A stretch of DNA of 64,000 bases from Escherichia phage BP9, in sequence record PP488543.1; one strand, given 5' to 3'. Of this stretch, positions 56,942 through 64,000 are shown in pieces (the stretch's first letter is position 1; each line of letters begins with the position of its first letter). The translations under genes and the position numbers were made by a program. The notes beneath the pieces are model-generated. The model worked only from the letters and a program-made list of their open reading frames with translations, was not told the DNA's origin and did not search any database.

Positions 56942-57910
56942 TTACATAGATGTTTCGTTTAATTCTTCCCGACGAACGCTGTAAACGTCGGTGGCTTTTG
57001 CCAGCAGTTCGTCATCATCTGAAAGTTTTTGTGCAATGTATTTGTAAGCTTTATCCAGTTCGGAGACAGTGCTGTAATTCATCGCTGCGCTGGTAAAGGC
57101 CATCAGCATTTCTTCTGGATCACGGCTATCCGCTTTACGCGTTTGCTCATCAGGCTTTTTCACTTGTTTAGCGTTGATCAGACTGTTCATTCCCGCAGCA
57201 GTGGTCGTTTGCGGAGTAATGTCTCGCTCAACGCGCGGTGCCGTTTCCTGTAATTCGTCTGGTGTGTAGACGCCCATGATTACGTCAGGACAGTGCAAGC
57301 GAGACCAGCGTTTTGTCGCAAGGTATGCGAGTTGTTGTTTCGGATCACTGGCCCAAAGTGTGGAGTTTCTTACCTGTGCTTGAGATAGCATTAACTCAAG
57401 CACTCGAGGTTGATCCTCGCCCTTCATGGTTGCCCATACGCGAACACCGCAGCCTTCTTCGTCTTTTAGAGTCCAGCCTGGTGCAATATATGGATTGCCG
57501 TTTTTGGATGTTTTCTCAACAAACTTACCGATCACGCGTTCCCACGGCCCGAACCACTCGTAGTTGATGCGATCTTTTGTTGGCGACATCGTTGAGATAA
57601 CTGCGTTTACTAATTGGGCTTCATAACCTAGCGTGCCGTTCACAACATGGGTTTTCTGAGCCACGGCAAACGGGTTCATTCCCCACTGCGCAGCCTGCAT
57701 TGCCACGGCCATGCAATCAGCTGGTTTCCCGGCGAGGTGCGCCGGTACCGTTACGCGGCTTTGCGCCATTACCTCGGCGAATTTCATCAGTTGGTTCAAG
57801 CCGTCTGGGCTGAAAATAGTTGCAGCAGTTCCAGCGATTGCTGTGTCTACTGGTGCGTTGATGTTTGCGATGTCGTTGCTCATATGTACATATCCTGTTT
57901 GCGTGCCCAC
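56942..57910 (-). CDS. RecT/Red-beta-family single-strand annealing protein
   Basis: Domain order and conserved C-terminal block (QQLAYLATKRWSRLHCPDVIMGVYTPDELQE) resemble RecT; overlaps the upstream exonuclease gene as in recET/red operons; probable ATG start at about 57883. Confidence 0.55.
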   Translation of the reverse strand: MGTQTGYVHMSNDIANINAPVDTAIAGTAATIFSPDGLNQLMKFAEVMAQSRVTVPAHLAGKPADCMAVAMQAAQWGMNPFAVAQKTHVVNGTLGYEAQLVNAVISTMSPTKDRINYEWFGPWERVIGKFVEKTSKNGNPYIAPGWTLKDEEGCGVRVWATMKGEDQPRVLELMLSQAQVRNSTLWASDPKQQLAYLATKRWSRLHCPDVIMGVYTPDELQETAPRVERDITPQTTTAAGMNSLINAKQVKKPDEQTRKADSRDPEEMLMAFTSAAMNYSTVSELDKAYKYIAQKLSDDDELLAKATDVYSVRREELNETSM

Positions 57911-58701
57911 TCAGGGCGTTTAATGATTTCCACACCGCCCCATTCATCATTGATGCGGCATTCGTGATAGGTATTCAGATCCCGGCGGAACAGAGCGTGC
58001 CCGGCATCGACATCCTGCGCATCCAGCTCGAACACGCGTACCGGATACCGACCACAATCAATGCTTTCGCTCACGGCAAGAAAGAAAAAACCATGCGGCT
58101 GACCAGTAACCCTCATTGCGCCTTCGCGGTACATTGCGTCCTGCACGTGGTAGCGGAATTCCTCGATGTGGCGTGCAAAACGGTCCATATCTGCAACCTT
58201 TTTCACGTCGACGATCACGTTGTGCTCGTTCAGCCATTTGTCTGGACGAATTCGGCACAACTCACCCGTCTCTTCATCGTTCCAGTACATTGACGCTTCG
58301 CAGTAACCAGGTGCTTCCAACATCCAGCGTGCAGCCGGGTGAGCCATTGTGCTATCACGCATCAGCTCCAGTTTTCGCCACTGCTCGACATCAAGTACCG
58401 TAATACCCATATCCGCCACATCACGAAGAAATGCTTCTTCGTCAGCTTTACCTTGTTTTGTCCGACGATCGAATTTCGGTGAAACGATGAAGCGTTTGTC
58501 GAATTCTCCAGGTTCCAGAAGCAGACAGTGCAATGCGGTTCCCATATCCAGTGCAGACTTTTTCTCTTCGTCTTCTGGTGCTGCCTGAACCCATTTAAGA
58601 AGCGCCGGATTCTTGGCAACCATGTCAAGTTGCGACTTACTCACGCCGTCACCGGCGTGGTAGTCTTCGTTGCTGATGCCGAAATAAATTCCCGGTTTCA
58701 T
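57880..58701 (-). CDS. PD-(D/E)XK-family phage exonuclease (YqaJ/RecE-like recombination exonuclease)
   Basis: Catalytic motif arrangement (..CRIRPDKW..VIVDVKKV..) and genomic pairing with a RecT-like gene. Confidence 0.55.
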   Translation of the reverse strand: MKPGIYFGISNEDYHAGDGVSKSQLDMVAKNPALLKWVQAAPEDEEKKSALDMGTALHCLLLEPGEFDKRFIVSPKFDRRTKQGKADEEAFLRDVADMGITVLDVEQWRKLELMRDSTMAHPAARWMLEAPGYCEASMYWNDEETGELCRIRPDKWLNEHNVIVDVKKVADMDRFARHIEEFRYHVQDAMYREGAMRVTGQPHGFFFLAVSESIDCGRYPVRVFELDAQDVDAGHALFRRDLNTYHECRINDEWGGVEIIKRPEWARKQDMYI

Positions 58702-59012
58702 GCCGCGTCCTTCTGTCCATCAAGCTGATCCGCCAGATCCCAGCGGGCGATAATTGCCATTGCCTCTCGCCGGTAGGCATCCATTAGTTCTTCGAACTCA
58801 GGGCTGTCTTTAGCGGCCTCCAGCACTTCCTGACGAACGCCTTTGCCTGTTACAACGTCAAAAGTTGAGGCCAGTTGATGAAGCCGGATACTCTCAATCA
58901 GTTCGACTTGTCGGTCATATAGCTGTTCTGACAGGCGGTAGTCCTTGTCGAATGCCAGCATGATTTTTTGAAGATTTTTCTGCTGATTAACGTTCATTAT
59001 CAGCCCTCCCAT
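58698..59012 (-). CDS. hypothetical early protein (104 aa)
   Basis: ORF in the leftward early operon, at the position held by gam/kil-type genes in lambda; no motif recognised. Confidence 0.35.
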   Translation of the reverse strand: MGGLIMNVNQQKNLQKIMLAFDKDYRLSEQLYDRQVELIESIRLHQLASTFDVVTGKGVRQEVLEAAKDSPEFEELMDAYRREAMAIIARWDLADQLDGQKDAA

Positions 59013-59171
59013 ATCTCGTTATCGTTGGCCACATCGCGAGCTTCTTTGCTGACGAAAGCCCACTTAATGCCTTCCTGTAAGGTGCGGAACTTCCAGCTCA
59101 TGAATCCGCATGCAGTAACGCAGTACCAACCGTTGATGATTTTCCACTGCATAACTTGTTACCTCGGTCTG

Positions 59172-59186
59172 TTACCGTTGAGGTAA
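59172..59186. promoter_or_regulatory. operator half-site pair TTACC-N5-GGTAA (leftward early promoter region)
   Basis: TTACCgttgaGGTAA; an extra TTACC half-site lies 9 bp upstream. Confidence 0.5.
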
Positions 59187-59232
59187 TGATTATGCGTATT
59201 TGGTTTGGTGTCAATAGATATGAGTTAAAAAA

Positions 59233-59249
59233 ATTACCCTTAAGGTAAT
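59233..59249. promoter_or_regulatory. 17-bp operator ATTACC-N5-GGTAAT (leftward early promoter region)
   Basis: ATTACCcttaaGGTAAT, perfect inverted half-sites, located between the repressor terminator and the leftward early genes. Confidence 0.6.
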
Positions 59250-59260
59250 TGTGTAGACAA

Positions 59261-59283
59261 TAAAAAAGCCGCCAGAAGGCGGC
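59261..59283 (-). terminator. rho-independent terminator of the repressor gene
   Basis: On the minus strand gccgcc-ttct-ggcggc followed by a U-run (the plus strand shows AAAAAA then gccgcc-agaa-ggcggc), 20-45 bp downstream of the repressor stop. Confidence 0.7.
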
Positions 59284-59305
59284 TTACTTACTGAAAAATA
59301 TGATT

Positions 59306-59890
59306 TTATTGTTTGTTTTTTTCGTTCTGGTTGATGACAAATTCAATGTAACTTTCGATCTTTGCTTTCTCGGTTTCGGGTAACAATGCGTAGCGCGAGC
59401 GGTCATAGTTGATGGTCGCAGGGTCGTGCGGGTGAATCAGTAATTCATAGCCGTGACGCCCGAATGCGGATGCAACATTCTCCAGGGTGGAAATGGAAAC
59501 GCTGACCTCATTGTTTAACAGGCGGCTGATTGTCACCTGGGCGACGCCGGATGCGCGGTGAAGTTTTCCCTGTGTTGAAAGGTCGCGGCTTTCGCTCATC
59601 CAGCGTTCCAGGTTGTGAGCCGCCAGCTGACCAATGTCGCTTGGGCCGACAGGCTGAAAACCTTCCTGAGAAAGCGAGCGATCGATATCAAGCCAGTTAC
59701 GGGGTTTATTGGCGGCAGCTTCAATTTTTCGCGCAACCTGGTCGCCGATAACCTTCTTGCCAAGAGCCCAGCGGTTTACCAGATTTGCCTGAGTTCCAAG
59801 TTTTTCTGCCATCCGCGTCTGAACACCATTGAATTCACGGTCGATCAAGTCGTTGAGATTTTGCCTGCGGACGTCCTGGATACTTTTCAT
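59306..59890 (-). CDS. CI-like repressor with helix-turn-helix domain(s) and no recognisable LexA/S24 peptidase domain
   Basis: Divergent from a cro-like gene; helix-turn-helix segment QTRMAEKLGTQANLVNRWALGKKVIGDQVARKI and a second HTH-like segment ASGVAQVTISRLLNNEVSVSISTLENVASAF; operators on both sides. Confidence 0.6.
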   Translation of the reverse strand: MKSIQDVRRQNLNDLIDREFNGVQTRMAEKLGTQANLVNRWALGKKVIGDQVARKIEAAANKPRNWLDIDRSLSQEGFQPVGPSDIGQLAAHNLERWMSESRDLSTQGKLHRASGVAQVTISRLLNNEVSVSISTLENVASAFGRHGYELLIHPHDPATINYDRSRYALLPETEKAKIESYIEFVINQNEKNKQ

Positions 59891-59944
59891 TTTCTGGAAA
59901 ATCGCCTCGTATATGAATCAGTAGATGATTCAATTTAAAGCAAT

Positions 59945-59961
59945 ATTACCCAACAGGTAAA
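59945..59961. promoter_or_regulatory. 17-bp operator ATTACC-N5-GGTAAA in the divergent repressor/cro control region
   Basis: ATTACCcaacaGGTAAA, 55 bp from the repressor start. Confidence 0.6.
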
Positions 59962-59990
59962 TGCACCCCATAGGTAACTATCCTTGATTT

Positions 59991-60019
59991 TTGTTACCTT
60001 ATGGGTGAATATTTATTAT
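59991..60019 (+). promoter_or_regulatory. putative rightward early promoter (TTGTTA-17 bp-TATTAT) with overlapping operator TTACC-N5-GGTGA
   Basis: -35 at 59991-59996, -10 at 60014-60019; the imperfect operator at 59994-60008 lies in the spacer; cro-like ATG at 60045. Confidence 0.45.
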
Positions 60020-60044
60020 CTGAAATAAATATCAGGCAATAGCT

Positions 60045-60275
60045 ATGAGCGATAACGGACATTTCGATTTCAAAAAGCACTGGCTTGCACTTACTCCGGA
60101 TGAGCGTGAAGCCTTCGCACAGGAAGCCGGAACGACGAGTCACTATATCCAGACTCACTTAACAGGTAAGCGCAAAATGCCAGGTAAAGTATTGATGAAT
60201 GGGCTTTTTAAAGCCTGTAAAACAAGACAATGGCTGCGCTCAAAAGCAGAACTGGCATACTTCTTCTACTCATGA
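60045..60275 (+). CDS. Cro-like / YdaS-like small DNA-binding regulator (76 aa)
   Basis: Small basic protein transcribed divergently from the repressor, in the canonical cro position. Confidence 0.5.
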   Translation: MSDNGHFDFKKHWLALTPDEREAFAQEAGTTSHYIQTHLTGKRKMPGKVLMNGLFKACKTRQWLRSKAELAYFFYS

Positions 60276-60425
60276 TATCCAGCCACAACCCTCTGTAGAC
60301 CGCCACCCGGCGGTCTTTTCATATCTATTCGCACCTCAAAGGTAATAAAAAACCAAATCTGGTTGATCTTTTTTTTGTGTCAGCACAAAATGACCGTAAT
60401 CCCAATACTAATAACAGGGCTTACC

Positions 60426-60626
60426 ATGGAAATCATTACACGTATTGATGCCGCAAAGCGCGGACTTAAACGCTACTACACCGGAAAACCATGTAAGCAC
60501 GGACATGACAGTGAACGTTGGGTTTACAACGGACACTGTGTTGAGTGCACCATGGAATCAAACCGTCGCATCAGGGCTGAGATTAAGCAGATCATGATTA
60601 ATTCCTCCCCACAACATTCAAGCTGA
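60426..60626 (+). CDS. small zinc-binding protein in the cII position (about 66 aa from the internal ATG)
   Basis: CKHGHDSERWVYNGHCVEC Cys/His cluster; the track ORF starts at 60363 but its N-terminus is hydrophobic junk-like, so the internal Met is preferred. Confidence 0.4.
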   Translation: MEIITRIDAAKRGLKRYYTGKPCKHGHDSERWVYNGHCVECTMESNRRIRAEIKQIMINSSPQHSS

Positions 60627-60641
60627 TAGCGGAGATTAATC

Positions 60642-61433
60642 ATGAGCAGACATGCAACAGATTGGGCCTGGGAGACAGATCCAGGTAGCTCATCATTAAA
60701 GCTCATACTGCTCTCGATGGCTGACAGAGCCGATGAATATAACCTCTGCTACCCCAGCATAGAACGCCTCGTTAAAGACACTTGCCTGAATAAAAAAACC
60801 GTGCAGGCCGGGCTTATATCGCTCATGAAAATGGGGCTTATTTCAGATACCGGAGAGAGAAAGGGAGCGACAAAAAGAGTGCGGGTTTTCTCTCTTAATA
60901 TAACCAAAAACGGGAACATTAAAGGCAACCGGGAGGGGGGCAATGAACCCGAAAACGGTAATGTTACCGAAAACGGGAATATACCCAAAAACGGGATGTT
61001 GAATGATCCCAAAAACGGGATCCAGAACCAGTCATATAACCAGTCATTTAACCAAGAGAGGGAGAGCAGGACAAAAAACGGGGATTCTGTGCCTCATGAC
61101 CCCGACGCAAACAACGCCGTGATGAATAACTTTGTTCCTCCTGGTGGGCCAGGGCAATTAGGCAAATTTGTCATGCATGAACAATGGCAGCCATCAGATG
61201 ACTTTCTTCGGAAAAGCTCATTGCAGGGGATCTACCTGGACAGTCTGCCAACGGCACAGGAACTTGCAGAGTTCAGAATTTACTGGATGGCTGAGGGTAA
61301 GGCATACCATCAGGCACAGTGGGAGCAGAAGCTGGCAAGGCGGCTGCAGATTAGCAGACAGAAGCAATCAACATTACCTGATAACAACGTTCCGCACTGG
61401 AACAGCCCTGAAGCATGGGAGGATTTCTTGTGA
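60642..61433 (+). CDS. replication initiator / replisome organiser (lambda O-like) containing the putative origin
   Basis: N-terminal winged-helix pattern like lambda O; six AAAACGG(G/T)AA iterons lie inside the gene; directly followed by a lambda P homologue. Confidence 0.65.
   Translation: MSRHATDWAWETDPGSSSLKLILLSMADRADEYNLCYPSIERLVKDTCLNKKTVQAGLISLMKMGLISDTGERKGATKRVRVFSLNITKNGNIKGNREGGNEPENGNVTENGNIPKNGMLNDPKNGIQNQSYNQSFNQERESRTKNGDSVPHDPDANNAVMNNFVPPGGPGQLGKFVMHEQWQPSDDFLRKSSLQGIYLDSLPTAQELAEFRIYWMAEGKAYHQAQWEQKLARRLQISRQKQSTLPDNNVPHWNSPEAWEDFL
60906..61088. repeat. iteron array (six copies of about cc.aAAAACGG(G/T)AA), candidate origin of replication
   Basis: Copies begin near 60906, 60951, 60968, 60986, 61011 and 61073, inside the O-like gene, followed by an A/T-richer stretch with ccagtcat repeats. 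Confidence 0.6.
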
Positions 61434-62215
61434 ACAACGTTTTTACCGCGATACAAAACCGTGACGGAGAAGCCCTTTCTCGCATGTCAGGTTATGAGCA
61501 TCAGTACGTCAACAATGACAATGTGGTGAACATGTCAGCAGAGAGGCTTGTTGATGCCCTTTTTAAACAGCTGAAACAACTGTTTCCGGCGGCAGTGGTA
61601 ACCAACCTGAAGACGCCAGAGCAGGAAGTTGCTGCAAAACAGCAGTGGATTGCTGCGTTTGCCGAAGGGGGGATCCGAACCCGTGAACAGGTTTCTGCTG
61701 GTATGCGCCACGCCCGCGCCAGTGAATCTCCGTTCTGGCCGTCTCCAGGGCAATTTATCAAGTGGTGCAAAGACAGCAAGATGGTTCTTGGCGTCACCAT
61801 TGACGATGTGATGGCGGAGTTTCACCGGTACAGCAAGGAAAAAAGTTTATATCCTGGTGGTCCCGAAAGATTCCCGTGGCGACATCCGGTTATGTACTGG
61901 GTCGTATGTGATACCCGCCGCGCAATGTATCAGCGCCAGCTTAGCGAGATTGAGGTTGAGAAACACGCACGCAGGCTGCTCGATGATTGGGCGAAAAAGG
62001 TGGCTTCCGGACAGCAGATACCCGATCCGGTGATCAGCATACAGGCAAAGCCAGAACCCATGAGTACGCCTCCGGACACAGGGAGAGACGTTTACCATCC
62101 ACCAGGGCGAAGTTTCGGGTGCATGCCTAACGCCGCCACCCTTGGGGGAATAACACCGGCGCAGTGGCTGATGGAGGAATACAGGCGGGGAAAGGCGGCA
62201 GGATTTATCAAGTAA
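61415..62215 (+). CDS. P: replication protein P homologue (DnaB helicase loader)
   Basis: Strong similarity to lambda P: AAFAEGGIRTREQVSAGMRHARASESPFWPSPGQFIKWCKD versus lambda LAFRENGITTMEQVNAGMRVARRQNRPFLPSPGQFVAWCREE. Confidence 0.85.
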   Translation: MGGFLVNNVFTAIQNRDGEALSRMSGYEHQYVNNDNVVNMSAERLVDALFKQLKQLFPAAVVTNLKTPEQEVAAKQQWIAAFAEGGIRTREQVSAGMRHARASESPFWPSPGQFIKWCKDSKMVLGVTIDDVMAEFHRYSKEKSLYPGGPERFPWRHPVMYWVVCDTRRAMYQRQLSEIEVEKHARRLLDDWAKKVASGQQIPDPVISIQAKPEPMSTPPDTGRDVYHPPGRSFGCMPNAATLGGITPAQWLMEEYRRGKAAGFIK

Positions 62216-62220
62216 TACCA

Positions 62221-62240
62221 GCGCGATAGCGCATTTTTTT
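62221..62240 (+). terminator. rho-independent terminator after the P-like gene
   Basis: gcgc-gata-gcgc hairpin followed by attttttt, beginning 6 bp after the P stop. Confidence 0.5.
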
Positions 62241-62245
62241 ACGTC

Positions 62246-62274
62246 TTGATAATTACCTGTTGGGTAATAAAATA
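62246..62274 (+). promoter_or_regulatory. repressor-gated promoter: TTGATA -35, 17-bp operator ATTACCtgttgGGTAAT as the spacer, AAAATA -10
   Basis: The 17-bp palindromic operator (62252-62268) exactly fills the spacer between the -35 (62246-62251) and -10 (62269-62274) hexamers. Confidence 0.55.
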
Positions 62275-62313
62275 TTCTAAAATCTATTGATTTCGTGTCT
62301 TATGTGGTTTTTA

Positions 62314-62330
62314 ATTACCTTAGAGGTAAA
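62314..62330. promoter_or_regulatory. second operator ATTACC-N5-GGTAAA overlapping the Shine-Dalgarno of the 62333 gene
   Basis: ATTACCttagaGGTAAA ends 2 bp before the ATG at 62333; the GAGG ribosome-binding site is inside the operator. Confidence 0.55.
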
Positions 62331-62332
62331 TC

Positions 62333-62680
62333 ATGAGAAAACAGATACAGGCTCTTGGTCGACTCAAAACAGGCCAGATGAACAAAACAGAATCTGCGTA
62401 TTGCCAGCACCTTGAGCAGCGTAAACGTGCAGGGGAAATCGCCTGGTATCGATTCGAGGGTATTAAGCTGCGGTTAGCTGACAACACGTTCTATACGCCC
62501 GATTTCGCTGTGATGCTCGCCACCGGAGAGATGGAACTGCACGAAGTGAAAGGGGGATTCTGGACCGACGACGCCAGGGTGAAAACCAAAGTAGCCGCAG
62601 ATCAGTATCCGTTCCGAATCATCGGGGTAACGGTTAAACCAAAGAAAGCAGGTGGCGGCTGGAACATCGAAGAGTTCTGA
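62333..62680 (+). CDS. DUF1064-like PD-(D/E)XK nuclease-fold protein (115 aa)
   Basis: Pattern ..MNKTESAYCQHLEQRKRAGEIAWYRFE..L.LA..TFYTPDFAV....ELHEVKGG....AR.KTKVAADQYP matches the DUF1064 layout with a PD..E.K core. Confidence 0.5.
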   Translation: MRKQIQALGRLKTGQMNKTESAYCQHLEQRKRAGEIAWYRFEGIKLRLADNTFYTPDFAVMLATGEMELHEVKGGFWTDDARVKTKVAADQYPFRIIGVTVKPKKAGGGWNIEEF

Positions 62681-62741
62681 ATCGACGATCTTTTTAGTTA
62701 TCAATGTAATCAATAAGTTATGTGGATAAGCGAGGGTAAAG

Positions 62742-63278
62742 ATGGAAAGTAATATCAAAGGGTTAGTTTCCGCCGGGCATGAGATGGCTTCGGAACTGAA
62801 AGCTGAATGTGGTGCCGTTGATATGCGTAGTGTGGCAAAGCTGCTCAGCGATTTGGCAACGCAACTGGAAGTGCAACTGGTGCGTGCTAATGCGCTGGCA
62901 GCGGAGAGTGCGGGGCTGAAGTCTGCGCACCCTCAACCATTCGGACATGAGATGATGAAGGCTCTTGATGCGTATGAGAAGCATCAGGATGAAGTGCCAG
63001 AGACTGGAATGCTCAATGCATTTTTCATCTTGCGCGACAGCATCCGTGTTGACACCCCAGCCACCGACGCTTTCCTGGCTGAAGTACGGGCGCAGGGCGT
63101 GGATGCTGCTATAGAAGCTGCAAAAAATCTGGTGGCCCAAGAATATGAGTATAAGGATTTCAAAGCGGCGCAGAGTGATTGCTGTATGCACCCTGGTTCA
63201 GACCTGGTAGGGAAGGTTGAAATGACTGAGTGGTTAGTTGACTTTGCTGCCCAGCTTCGCAAAGGAGGCAACCAGTGA
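62742..63278 (+). CDS. hypothetical protein (178 aa)
   Basis: ORF in the rightward operon; 4-bp overlap with the downstream gene. Confidence 0.4.
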   Translation: MESNIKGLVSAGHEMASELKAECGAVDMRSVAKLLSDLATQLEVQLVRANALAAESAGLKSAHPQPFGHEMMKALDAYEKHQDEVPETGMLNAFFILRDSIRVDTPATDAFLAEVRAQGVDAAIEAAKNLVAQEYEYKDFKAAQSDCCMHPGSDLVGKVEMTEWLVDFAAQLRKGGNQ

Positions 63279-63826
63279 GCGAAATTAATTACCAGGCACT
63301 GCGTGAGGCGGCGGAACGTGCAATTCCAGCAATGGAACGCCTGTTAATGTTGCCAGCTGATGATGATTTGTTAAGTGAACAGGAACTTAAAGATTACGGT
63401 GTGGATATTGATGCGCTCAACGCCTTCAAATTTCTGGCCGGACCAGAAACCGTGCTGGCACTACTGGATGAACGGGAAAGGAACCAGCAATACATCAAAT
63501 CCCGCGACCAGGAGAACGAGGATATTGCGCTAACGGTAGGGAAGTTGCGCGTTGAGCTGGAAGCAGCAAAATCAAAACTCAACGAGCAGCGTGAGTATTA
63601 CGAAGGTGTTATCTCTGATGGGAGTAAGCGCATAGCAGAGTTAGAAAGTGGTTCTCAGGCACAAAAGTTAGTTGAAGCAATCATTGTTGCGATAGAAAAC
63701 GAACAGGAACGTCTTTTTGATGAAGATTACCTAATGGATTCGAAAGAATGCATTGACGTAATTCGTGAAGAAGTAAAGCGATGGGATGATTCCCGCGCCG
63801 CTGGCATTGGCATCAAAGGAGAGTGA
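63275..63826 (+). CDS. ead/Ea22-like coiled-coil protein (183 aa)
   Basis: N-terminus MSEINYQALREAAERA resembles the Ea22-family start as I recall it; acidic coiled-coil rest. Confidence 0.4.
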   Translation: MSEINYQALREAAERAIPAMERLLMLPADDDLLSEQELKDYGVDIDALNAFKFLAGPETVLALLDERERNQQYIKSRDQENEDIALTVGKLRVELEAAKSKLNEQREYYEGVISDGSKRIAELESGSQAQKLVEAIIVAIENEQERLFDEDYLMDSKECIDVIREEVKRWDDSRAAGIGIKGE

Positions 63827-63828
63827 TA

Positions 63829-64000
63829 TGGCAACTTTGACAAAAAAAGAACAAGCATGGTTGAGCGAATTACAGGACGTTCTTGATCGCTGCCCATCAC
63901 CGAAAAAAATTGGTTTTTACACCATTGGCGATAAAAGCATTTACCTGTATGACCTGCGCCGCATGGATGAAATCATGGAGGCTCTTGATAATCGTTCGTC
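63829..64000 (+). CDS. hypothetical protein, 3'-truncated at window end
   Basis: ATG at 63829 (MATLTKKEQAWLSELQDVLDRCPSPKK...) with the frame open to the window edge. Confidence 0.35.

Noticed and set aside
1-64000. CRISPR array, rRNA or tRNA genes
   Set aside because: No regularly spaced direct repeats of CRISPR type and no cloverleaf-like sequence were recognised by eye in the intergenic gaps (including upstream of the P4-type integrase); this is not exhaustive without tRNAscan/Infernal.

Overview
Phage-derived window made of two functionally distinct parts joined at a truncated IS2 copy (~50.69-51.07 kb). Part 1 (1-50.7 kb) is the late/structural and accessory region of a large tailed phage: a 5'-truncated tail gene, a tail-chaperone pair with a predicted -1 frameshift site, a 778-aa tape measure protein, contractile-type baseplate genes (gpD-like hub, gpV-like spike, gp25/W-like wedge, possible baseplate J), an embedded lambda-type tip module (NlpC/P60-like protein plus a 1381-aa lambda J-like protein), and at least seven fibre/spike-type genes. 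These include a fibre with a C-terminal S74 intramolecular chaperone, two P2 gpH-like fibres with a Tfa chaperone, two putative depolymerases and a 1878-aa RCC1/Big_2 protein. They are followed by a minus-strand block of ~14 mostly unassignable genes (including a frameshifted HAD nucleotidase and a VWA/zincin protein) and a plus-strand block with a MoxR-type AAA+ ATPase, a signal-peptide SleB-like hydrolase and a GHKL ATPase. The structural operons are punctuated by near-identical terminator-promoter cassettes. Part 2 (51-64 kb) is a lambdoid temperate-phage segment: lysis cassette (two membrane proteins, GH19 endolysin, Rz with embedded Rz1), P4-type integrase, leftward early operon (Ser/Thr phosphatase, MT-A70 methyltransferase, AlpA-like, RecT-like, PD-(D/E)XK exonuclease), a CI-like/Cro-like switch with a recurring ATTACC-N5-GGTAA operator, lambda O/P-like replication genes with intragenic iterons, and an operator-gated DUF1064-like gene. 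No rRNA, tRNA or CRISPR array was recognised by eye. I could not assign the large phage to a genus, and I did not recognise a complete known defence system; the most notable observations are the mosaic tail tip/baseplate, the operator-gated gene after the replication module, and the IS2 junction. All calls rest on motif recognition from memory, not on database searches. Intergenic coordinates are hand-counted and may be off by a few bases.
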